The notes under the pieces were generated by a model. The model was not told the DNA's origin and ran no database searches. It saw only the letters and a list, made by a program, of their open reading frames with translations. From Hamiltosporidium tvaerminnensis FI-OER-3-3 (lineage: Eukaryota > Fungi > Microsporidia), in the NCBI GenBank assembly GCA_022605425.2, contig JAKIMF020000004.1, forward strand, positions 1 to 64,000: a stretch of 64,000 nt of DNA, in the 5' to 3' direction. Numbering within the stretch: the stretch's first letter is position 1; every line of letters begins with the position of its first letter. Shown one piece after another: positions 52,295-61,884 of the stretch. Made by a program: the position numbers and the translations under genes.

Positions 52295-55200
52295 AGAATA
52301 CTATATAACATTCTTTGGATAAAGTGAATTACATGTTATTAAATAAAGTTTTTTTATTTTATATGCTTTTAGTTTTATTATAAATTTATTTTTATTTAAT
52401 TATAAAGTTTTTTTACTCTTATTTTATTGTTATATTATAATTTCAAAGTTTTTATATCTTAATGTTAAATTAAAATTGTTTTCTATCTAGAACATTTTGT
52501 ATATTTCTTTTAACAATACGTACCTCTTTTGTATTTTTTTTAAACGAAAATTTAAATTTTTTTACTAAGAACGTTTTTAGAATTTTCATTAAAAGTTTTT
52601 ACCTGATTTTTATATTATCTATTTTGCTTGTTATGGAAATATTGAACTTTTGCTGGTCCAAGGGTTATACCTAAGCTTTTTTTTCTATTTAAGATAAATA
52701 GTGTTATACTCAAATTTCGTTTTTTTTTATTTACTTGAAACAATTTTTTATATTTAGGTGTATAAATCAATTCTTTACATGTCTAAAAAGCATTTTTGTT
52801 TGTTACCTAAGTCCTTAATTCGGAAAACTTTGGTTTTACTTTTTTTTGGAGAGCATTCTTGATGTTTTTCTTGGATTAAGTCTAATTGTATTGAAATTAA
52901 AATTTTTTATCTGAAAGCAATAAAATAAAATATTTTAAAGGCTTTTATAATAAACTACCTAATTTTTTAGTCAGAAAATATTACATTAAACTTTAAATTT
53001 TACAAAAAATAAAAGTAAAAACCATATTTTATTTAATTACATTCTCTTCGTCTTTATTCCGTTACTGAATCTTCTTAATTCGACATATAAATCTTTAATA
53101 GTGTAATATGTAAGATCGATGGCTATTTACTCTCTAAACTACTATTTTTCTTTTTATATGAACCTTCTAACATTTAAGTAACTAATAATCTCTTTTGGCA
53201 TATTTTTATATTTTAGTGTCTTTGGTTTGTTGTTAACTTTAGAATGTCAATAGATTTTTTGTCTTTCTTAGATTTTCTATATAATATATACGTTTTTAAA
53301 AATAAGTTCTAAAAGTGTTTGCTAAACGGAAGGTTTTGAACAATCTTTATAACGTTACTATAGTCTAAAATGGTGCCTCGTAATTCAGTTTGTGCCGTTT
53401 TGCAATATCTTGGATTTATATTCTTTTCTTTCTTAATCAGCTGTTATTTCTTTCTTAGAACTTGTAAGTATTTTTATTTAGTTATTACTTTATCTAATAC
53501 ATGGTTTACTTTATTTTTCAAAATTTTATTTTTTAAAACTCTAGACTGGTTTTTTATAACAATTTTATATTTATAAGACGGTTCGAGTATGGTTTGAAAA
53601 TTTGTTGTCAAAGAAGTTTTAAAGAATGCCTAAACTTTCGTTGGTTTTAGGTGTTTGTAATTCTTTTAAAAGAATTTACTTTTCTTAGGAGGTTTTATAT
53701 GTTTTTTTTAATTTTTAAACTATTTTCTGAATTTATTAGAATGATTTTTACTTATTTACTGGAATTTTTTAGTCGTTAAGTTTTTTATATCTTTTTACCT
53801 GTACTTACAATTTTTTTAAGTTTTTTATATGTTTTTACATGTTGCTTTTTTGTTTTTTACGTTTTCTCTTAAATTTAGCTGTTTTTTCGTGTTTTTTTAC
53901 AGCTTTTGGAATTTCCTAAATTTTTTATTTTTTTATAGAACTTTTTATTTTTTTAATTTTATAATATTAAGAATTTTAGAATTGCTTTATGTTTTATCAA
54001 CTTATTTATTGATCGGTATATCTTCCGAGTGTCTTTTAACGTATTAATAAGAATTTTTTTTGTATAACTTATACTAAATGGACAATTATTGGTTTTTTTA
54101 AAAAAATTTTCAATTTTTGAATTATAGCTCGGTAAATTTAAAAAAATTACCCCCGTAAAATTATTAAAGCTTAAACCTTGTTCAAATTACTTTTAAACAG
54201 TGGAACTTTCACTTATATAATAAATTATATATGTTATATAGTACTTTAATTTATTTTATAATGATTTTATCTTTTTAATAGAACTAGAATTTTATTCTCG
54301 CTACGAAATTCGAAGAATTTCTATAAAAAAATATTTTTTCCAAAAATATTTTATGTTACCATTCTTAATTACATTTTCTGTTTTTAGTATGTAAAAATTT
54401 TGGAAAAATTTTTTAAATACAGTAAATAAAAATATAGATTTGGAAGATTTATGTTTGGTTTAATAAATTTCGAATAACTTCCATCTTTCAACAAAAATTA
54501 CTGTAAACTCTTAATTAAGATTGAATTATCCTTTTTTATAACTTAAATTTTAAGTTCTTTACTCAAAAATAGAAAAGTTAAAGCAAATATTTGCAACTAA
54601 GGTGATCTCTCTTTAAATTTAAAATATTGTAAGATTTTAACTTGATTCTGTATGTAATAGTAGTTATTTTTTGCTGGTTTAAATTTAATTTTTATTTTAT
54701 AAAAAATTACTTTTTATTTTTATATCCTATTAAATATGTATTAAACTAACTGACAGCATTCATCTTTAAGGAAATTGAATAAAATATAAATCGTAATTCA
54801 AATAATGGTAAAAAACATATGTTTTTTGGCTATAGTAAAAATAGAAACTTATATTTTTATAAGTATTATTAATTTACCTAAAAAAGAAAATACCTTTGTA
54901 AATCTGTAAATATCTTATAAATCTTACTTATATCTAGTTTTACCAACTTAATAACCCTATAGAGAATTCAGTAATGAATTGTACTTATAAAATTTTGATT
55001 CAAATCTAGGTTTGCTTACACAACTAAGGAAATTTTGATTTTCTAAAAAAGTAAATTTAGTTTTCCATGTTTTGAGTTAAAAAGTTACATTTTCTTTAAA
55101 TTTCATTTTTTTTCAAAAAATTCGAAGAATGTTTTTTGTAGTATCAAATTTTTGTTGAAAAGTTATTAATGTACTACAATTTTGAAATAAATCCACAAAC

Positions 55201-55540
55201 CTATAGATTCTTATGTTTCTTTTCGAAGAAAAGAAAGAGAAAGCAAGTAATATAGACACTTTTTGTGTATATTTTCTACATATTCGTGATTAAATTATTA
55301 TTTATCATTTAAGCGGAAAAAAATAAGTTATATGTATAAAAAATAAAAATTTTTTTATTTTTTTACTTGTTAGATACGATTATAATGGTATTATGGATAT
55401 CGGCCAGGTTAAAGCATTTCTTGATATACCTTGGAATTTTATTTTTATATAAAATACAATTTATTGACTTTACTTTTCGAAACCATATACTTATTTTTTC
55501 TTTCATACTTTTACTTTTTCTATTTATTATATTTTGAATA

Positions 55541-55986
55541 GATATTCTCGAAGAGAATATCAAAAGTGTGGTTTTTGTAAGGCTTTTATAATGGATATTC
55601 TCAAAGAGAATATCAGAAGTGTCTCTTTAATTATTTTTCTAAAATAGATATTCTCAAAGAGAATATCAGAAGTGTCTCTTTAATTATTTTTCTGAAATAG
55701 ATATTCTCGAAGAGAATATCAGAATCGAATTTCATGTAATAGGCCTAAGATAACTACTTTCAAAGAGAATATCATATATGTCTCTTTAATTATTTTGGTA
55801 AAATAGATATTCTCGAAGAGAATATCAAAAGTGTCTCTCTAATAAAGTTTAAGTAGAATTTGGATTTTCGAAGAGAATATCAGAATTGAAGTTCATTTAA
55901 AAGACATGGAGGGATATTCCCGAAGAGAATATTAGAATTGTATTATATTTAATGTATTATTAATGTATATTTTCGGAGAGAATATC
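55541..55986. repeat. Nine-copy ~53-bp tandem array with a 21-bp palindromic core, GATATTCTC-N3-GAGAATATC
   Basis: Cores start at 55541, 55594, 55647, 55700, 55753, 55806, 55861, 55913 and 55966. The ~32-bp linkers are variable but related. Confidence 0.93.
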
Positions 55987-56289
55987 GGAAATGCAAAACT
56001 TTTATAATTTTCATTATTTAAAATGATTTTATACTATTATTTTTTTTGATTAAGCAATGACATATGTAAAAGAAATTTAAAGAAGTATACCAAAAAATTT
56101 CTTTGTCTATGCGAATTCATGAAATGATATTTTTAAAGATAGTCCGAAATTTTTATAGGCGAGGTTTGTTTTAAATAGGTAAAAGATGATTTGTAGGGTA
56201 TTTTTTTTATTACAATATATTTTAGCTTCTCTCTTAGAGTTTAGTAGATATCTTATCAAGCTTTAGGAACGTATCATTATTATCTAAAA

Positions 56290-56790
56290 ATTTGCAATTG
56301 GTTCAAAAAAAATATAAAAATATAAATATAGGTGAATTTTTAATATCGTGGCATCTTCTACTGTGGTACTCTTACTTTGTCTATGGGTATGGGATTATCT
56401 ATCTCTTAGTAGTAATCCTCATATGCCCTGATATATTTCTTTTTCACCATACTAATGTAGAAGCAATGAAACACATGCCACAAATACTGAACGATTTCGT
56501 TCTTACTTTGATATTCGCAGCGGAATGTACTTTTACTCTTACTATCTACGCTGATATGGTTTGTTAAAGGACTTATGTAAGATTATTTGCATAAGTCTGG
56601 ACATAAATCCATAGGGTAGTAAACAACTAACTCGTTCGATCTCGTAAAACAGTCGAATATACTTAAATAAGTGAATTTATTCACTTATGAAAATGTTGAT
56701 ATATAATCGTATTAACATCAATACCTGTTTTACAGTATCTCTAAGGCAATGAGCTCGATAACGGGACAATATTGCCTATTTAGATGGAAT
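56290..56790. pseudogene. Isolated fragment of the module found in the A/B units
   Basis: Same ordered anchors as 7060-7460, 8640-9070 and 14220-14600: tggcatctt, atattcgcagc, aactcgttcgatctcgt, taaggcaatgagc, ttgcctattt. Reading strand not resolved here. Confidence 0.5.
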
Positions 56791-57108
56791 ATTTTTTAAA
56801 GAATGTATATACAGCAAGCATTTTTAGATTTAAAAACTTATAACACAATAGGGCCTCTTCTATATAAAACTAAATAGAAATTTCGAATTATCTATTTCTC
56901 CCTATCTTACCCCTAGCTTGCTCTTTGTGTATCTAACCCTCTCCTCATAAACTTCAAATCAAAATCAAATATTGTATATGTCTTTGGAAAAACTAATTTT
57001 TGTTTAAATAAATGTGTTCGCCCTAATAATAAGGTATACAAAGATAAAACCTTTTTACCAAAAGTACAAAACTACAAAACACGTAAAAATAACCGCAAAA
57101 ATAGCAAC

Positions 57109-58098
57109 TTGCAAATTGAAAAATCGACACCCTATCCCCACAGATCGCGAAACCTCTACGAAAATACTAAGAATAACTCCCCAAGACAAGTTAAGACAAG
57201 AAACCAACCGGCGTACACAACGAATTATAGGCAAGACAAAGACAGGATAATAAAATGTGTAAACTGCCATAGCTACAATAGCCTACCACCTCGCCCACTT
57301 GCTAACATACCTTACGATATAATAACGTGCCTGGCCTGCAACTACCCCTTATACACGCAGAAGGGTGGCATAAGAAGAGCAAGGATGAGCACGATAGCAG
57401 ATAGTGAGATACTAGAGGTACCTACAAAGCATGGGGCTAAAGCTAGAAGAAACTACAATGAGAGACTTTACAACAACAACAACACGATAGCCAGCGATAA
57501 CAGAACTATAAACACGACTGAAACCAGTTACAGAAAAAAAAGAGGACGAAACAAGATCCATGACCGAGGGAAGCCTGTAAGCGAGAATACCTTACTTAGC
57601 ATGAAACAAATCGAGCTAATAGTAAATGGTAAATCTCCCGTCGTCCAAACAAAATATGTCATATCCTATTACACTAATATAGTCGCCAATAAGATCAACT
57701 TATATAAACTAGCCCTTGAAAATATAATTCCGGGCTCAAGCAGACTGATAGTGAATATGGATTTCATCAACAATGATACGGTGGAAATTATTAGTAATGA
57801 AAATGACGAAGAAGCGCTCTCATATGCATTTGCCAAACTTCCTGCCTGTAAACTAAGCCAATCCCCAGAAATCGATGAAAAAGGCACACTATGGGCTCAA
57901 GGATTGATTGAAAGAATGAGAAAAATCAAAGACAGGCAAACAAATACGAACACAAGACTCCGCCGTCTGGCGATTAAAATTATCCAAAGCAGTGGAAAAG
58001 AACTGCAAGATGTAGTAAGAAGCCTTAATATTCTGGCCAAAGATGTTAAGGAAGAATTTACACCTGGATACCAACAGAAACCTTCTTATGATATTTAA
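57109..58098 (+). CDS. LINE ORF1 protein, copy 2 (start codon uncertain)
   Basis: Frame is open from 56917 to 58098. CVNC-X20-CLAC finger at 57256-57339. First in-frame ATG is only at 57385. C-terminal domain is homologous to copy 1 ORF1. Confidence 0.8.
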   Translation: MQIEKSTPYPHRSRNLYENTKNNSPRQVKTRNQPAYTTNYRQDKDRIIKCVNCHSYNSLPPRPLANIPYDIITCLACNYPLYTQKGGIRRARMSTIADSEILEVPTKHGAKARRNYNERLYNNNNTIASDNRTINTTETSYRKKRGRNKIHDRGKPVSENTLLSMKQIELIVNGKSPVVQTKYVISYYTNIVANKINLYKLALENIIPGSSRLIVNMDFINNDTVEIISNENDEEALSYAFAKLPACKLSQSPEIDEKGTLWAQGLIERMRKIKDRQTNTNTRLRRLAIKIIQSSGKELQDVVRSLNILAKDVKEEFTPGYQQKPSYDI

Positions 58099-60838
58099 AA
58101 CGGGGTTCATAAACATAGGTGGCCTATCTACACAAAAAATCACAACAATCAACACAATACTCAACGAAACAAAACTAGACATGTTAGGAATCGCAGAAAC
58201 ATGGCGAGATGAAATAACATGCCTCCACGAAGATTACAAGATAATAGCAATTAAACCTTCTATCAAAATACTAAATCGAAATAGTAATAAGGAAGGTATG
58301 ATTGTCATAGGACGCAAAGAAATTATCTTTTCAAACATCTATGAATTAACAGAATTCGGAATTTCAATAAAAGTTAATAGTACGAATTTATTTATTTTTA
58401 TTTACCGAAATTTATCAAGCAACCTTACAAATATAATTCTAGACAAACTTTACGAACACATTGACAATAAGATTATAGTAATAGGTGACTATAATCTAGA
58501 ACAACATAAAGAAATGGAATGTGAAATCCTTGACAGACACATACTCTTTGGGTTAAGTGAGATTAACCTCAAAACTATGACCTACAAACATGGTGAAAAA
58601 ACATCATGTCCTGATAAGGTCTTCTCAAATATCACAATATTTACAGAAACAAAAGAAATACCACAAATAAATCATAAATTAATAATTTGTGAAATTCCAG
58701 AAACAATATTACCCAAGACACCAAGGTATAAGATGAACTTACTAAAAGACAAAGCGATAGCTGAGAAAATTAAAATACAAATACAAAAATACACGAATAA
58801 CTGTAAACTTTTACTTAAAAATCTCGAAATAGATCCATGTTGTGACTTACTACATAACATAATATTAAAATCGACAAGAACAATTCAAATACGACCAAGA
58901 CAAGCTCCAAGACTAAATGATGTTATCCAACATATTAGACTTACCAGAGAAAAAGCAAGGAAACTAAAGCAACCTGTGTATAACACTCTATGCCAAGAAG
59001 TTAAAAACCTTAAAAAAAGGTTTACAGATAATGATTTACCGGCTTCTAGAACAAAGCATATAGGTCTCGATACGTGCGAATTTGAAAAAATCTTAAAATT
59101 CCACGGCTCAGCTACACCAAAAACTAATCTTGACTCTAACAGATTACTTAATGAATTTGTTATCGATAGTCAATATAAAACGACAGAAAAGACTATCCAA
59201 GAAATAAATGAATACTACAACGACAAAAAGACAAAGAGACAGATGTCCACTGTCAATAAAATTATAGAAGTCTCTATTAAAGAAGTTACAGATTGTATAT
59301 CTACCCTTAAATCTGGCAAATCAGGTGGCTTAACAGGTATTCGAAACGAATTCCTTAAGATTTGCCCCGAAAACTTTATAGAAGAACTAACTAAACTTTA
59401 TAATCGAATTATTAATACTCATGTGATACCTAACTCATGGAAATCTCACAAGATTACGCCTATACCAAAAGGCAAAGATGAATTTAGACCTATCTCACTA
59501 ATTGAAAAAACCAGGAAGCTATTTGAGAAACTAATACTTTCCAAATTTGATGCCAGACTACACAAACAACAGACAGGATTCAGAACAAAACACTCTACAC
59601 TTAATCATGCCTTATGTCTAGATACACTACTCAGACATAGCAATGGAGAGAGAATATGTGTCACATTAGACATAAAGAAAGCATATGATAGTGTAGACAG
59701 AAATAAACTGTATACGAAACTTCTTATTCAACAAAACTTCTCTCTTAACGATACAGAACTTATAGCTAGCATGATAGAGAACAACAGATATACTACTTGT
59801 GGAGCAGAGGACTCTCAAACGTCTAAGACGGCCTCGCTCGGACTCCCTCAGGGAAGTATAATCTCACCAACTCTATTCAACATATTTATAAACGACCTGG
59901 TAGAATACCTACCAAAACACTTGAGATCATTCATATTCATGTATGCAGACGATATTATTATCTATGGTAATCAAATAAGAACCATACAAAAAATAATCGA
60001 TAGCTTAGTAAGACATGCAAATCATAACAACTACCAATTCAATCCGAAAAAATGTTTTTACAACGCTACAAAAGAACACCAGATTTCTATATATGGTACG
60101 AGAATAGAGAAGCAGAACCCCCTTAAGTACCTAGGGTTCTACTTTAATAACCGTAACGCGGACACGAAACAGACATTAAAAGTGTTAAGACAGAGAGCAG
60201 TAAGAGCTGCTGTCATTACAAACAAAGTAATGAGAAAAGGCATCTTTAATACAGACGAAAAACTACATGTTCTCAAATTAAGAGCATATAAAACTTTTGT
60301 AAGACCGCACCTAGACTATTTCTCACAACTTCTAGGCTGCAACAAAACATTCACCGATGAGAGCGATAGGATACAAAAAGGTATTCTAAAATACCTTTTC
60401 AAGATTTACTATAGAACTCCAAGTAGCATTATATACTCCATACTACCTATTGAAAACGTACTTCAGAGGTGCCAGAGACTCAGGTATGGAATTGCGCATA
60501 AAATACTACGAATGAAAAATACAATAGTACAATACGTATACAAGAAAAACTTCTCAAAAAACCTTCGAGAGTTTAAAAATTACTATGAAACTATAAACAG
60601 AAACTACAGTGGTGATGACTTCTTGACTAAATACAAGAAGATACATAAAGAGAATTTAAGAATTAACTTTCAAACTTTCAGCTGGAACGAAACGCTCAAG
60701 CTATACAACTTCAAACAATGCAACAGACTGAACTTCAATCAAATTCTCGAAATTATACACCCTGTACACAAGCGACAAGAACTCGCAGATATACTTATCA
60801 AATATATACAGATAAACATTGGCCTACCGACACAGTAA
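58088..60838 (+). CDS. LINE ORF2 protein (916 aa): APE endonuclease + reverse transcriptase, intact
   Basis: Start placed at ATG 58088 because MIFKTGFINIGGLS aligns with MLYSIGFLNLGGLS of copy 1. Motifs: IAETW, GDYN, FRPISL, QTGFR, LDIKKAYD, GLPQGSIISPTLFN, YADD, KYLG, YKTFVRPHLDY. Confidence 0.96.
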   Translation: MIFKTGFINIGGLSTQKITTINTILNETKLDMLGIAETWRDEITCLHEDYKIIAIKPSIKILNRNSNKEGMIVIGRKEIIFSNIYELTEFGISIKVNSTNLFIFIYRNLSSNLTNIILDKLYEHIDNKIIVIGDYNLEQHKEMECEILDRHILFGLSEINLKTMTYKHGEKTSCPDKVFSNITIFTETKEIPQINHKLIICEIPETILPKTPRYKMNLLKDKAIAEKIKIQIQKYTNNCKLLLKNLEIDPCCDLLHNIILKSTRTIQIRPRQAPRLNDVIQHIRLTREKARKLKQPVYNTLCQEVKNLKKRFTDNDLPASRTKHIGLDTCEFEKILKFHGSATPKTNLDSNRLLNEFVIDSQYKTTEKTIQEINEYYNDKKTKRQMSTVNKIIEVSIKEVTDCISTLKSGKSGGLTGIRNEFLKICPENFIEELTKLYNRIINTHVIPNSWKSHKITPIPKGKDEFRPISLIEKTRKLFEKLILSKFDARLHKQQTGFRTKHSTLNHALCLDTLLRHSNGERICVTLDIKKAYDSVDRNKLYTKLLIQQNFSLNDTELIASMIENNRYTTCGAEDSQTSKTASLGLPQGSIISPTLFNIFINDLVEYLPKHLRSFIFMYADDIIIYGNQIRTIQKIIDSLVRHANHNNYQFNPKKCFYNATKEHQISIYGTRIEKQNPLKYLGFYFNNRNADTKQTLKVLRQRAVRAAVITNKVMRKGIFNTDEKLHVLKLRAYKTFVRPHLDYFSQLLGCNKTFTDESDRIQKGILKYLFKIYYRTPSSIIYSILPIENVLQRCQRLRYGIAHKILRMKNTIVQYVYKKNFSKNLREFKNYYETINRNYSGDDFLTKYKKIHKENLRINFQTFSWNETLKLYNFKQCNRLNFNQILEIIHPVHKRQELADILIKYIQINIGLPTQ

Positions 60839-60839
60839 C

Positions 60840-60864
60840 CGATTAGCTATTGGCCTAGCTAACG
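60840..60864 (+). other. 3'-UTR stem-loop of LINE copy 2
   Basis: TTAGCTA-ttggcc-TAGCTAA at 60843-60862, extendable by CG/CG across a bulged A, 4 nt after the ORF2 stop. Confidence 0.75.
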
Positions 60865-61564
60865 TGAAAACACAATTACCAAAAACAATAACTAAAACTG
60901 GAAGGCAGGGAGCCTGTAAAGGACGATACTGCCGATTTAAAACACTTTTGACTATCACTAAGTGCAAAAGGAGTAGAATGATGTGTGTGAGAGTGTGTTA
61001 TGGGCAAAGGGGTCGATTATGGATTAAGGAAGCATGAAATAGATACCTAAAACTCGTATTCTTTTATGGTTGTATGTCAACTCGAGCGATGGGTATCTGT
61101 TTAGAGGGAAACACCTGATCAACCCGCCCAAAAACATTGATGGGGAGTGTTAACATTAAAGCACATAGTGTGTCACTTAGACTTGTGAAAGTAGTGAAGT
61201 GTGTGGCTAAGGGATGTTAAATGTACCTGAGAGTGTATATCGTTGTGTAAGACCCCCCCTATACTTCTTGAGAAATCTGAAATATTAAAGGGTCTTAAAG
61301 ATGTACTAGAGGAACGGTTTACTTAACACCCTTTAGAAGAACGACGATGAGAGGATGGTGTTAACACACATAAGGTGATAGTTAATAGTTCAGATAGTTT
61401 TTTAATTTTAAATTAGATTAAAATTGATCACATAATTAAGCCTAATTATAAAATTGATGTAAAAATTGACTAAATAAACTGATTAATTACAAAGTTAACT
61501 TATATATTGGTCCAGAATATGGGCTAAGTATAAAATTAATGTAAAAATTTATCTTTTGACCTAG

Positions 61565-61884
61565 TTAATAGTAAAATTAATTTAATTATTGCGCCAAAAT
61601 GCTGATTGATTACAAATTTAATGAAAAAGTTAATTTATGACACTGATTATTGATCTTTTGCTGGTTCTAAAAAGAATCTTCTAGAAGATTTAAAAGTATT
61701 TAAATAAATTTATTCTTCCTAAACTGATTAATAGTAAATTAATTTAATTATTGCGCAACAATACTGATTAAATACAAATTTAATTTAAAAAGTTAATTTA
61801 CTAGCTGATTATTGTTCTTTAGCTGGTTCTAGAAAGAATCGTTTAGAAGATATTAAAAGTATTCAAATAAATTCATTTTTCCTA
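61565..61884. repeat. Direct tandem duplication, two copies with 163-bp period
   Basis: ttaatagtaaa..ttaattattgcgc..ctgatt..gctggttcta..aagaatc..tagaagat..ttccta at 61565 and 61728. Preceded by related ~40-bp subrepeats from about 61380. Confidence 0.85.

Larger units (their letters stand above)
48634..52350 (+). mobile_element. Non-LTR (LINE-type, APE-RT) retrotransposon, copy 1; true 5' end not determined
   Basis: ORF1 plus overlapping APE-RT ORF2, a 3' hairpin, and AATAAA at about 52342 followed by a T-rich tract. No LTRs, integrase or RNase H seen. No TSD found. Confidence 0.92.
56917..60864 (+). mobile_element. Non-LTR (LINE-type, APE-RT) retrotransposon, copy 2; ends approximate
   Basis: ORF1, intact ORF2 and 3' hairpin, with the same architecture as copy 1. 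Confidence 0.93.

Noticed and set aside
110-55563. The many 60-105 aa F/I/L/K/Y-rich ORFs in the track, and the antisense or nested ORFs within the LINEs
   Set aside because: Composition is typical of random AT-rich frames or shadows of real ORFs. No motifs.
55541-55986. Bona fide CRISPR array
   Set aside because: Repeat and spacer sizes fit, but two spacers are almost identical and the others are related. No cas genes. Kept as a palindromic minisatellite.
56720-56780. RAHCL/LAHCL resembling the hAT transposase CxxH motif
   Set aside because: No upstream Cys, not conserved in the other module copies, and no other hAT motifs.
58043-58087. ORF2 start at 58043 as given in the ORF track
   Set aside because: Alignment with copy 1 places the start at 58088. 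The extra 15 codons lie within ORF1 and have no counterpart.
47000-61400. Target-site duplications, poly(A) tails or 5' self-cleaving ribozymes for the LINEs
   Set aside because: None could be identified by eye, so element boundaries remain approximate.
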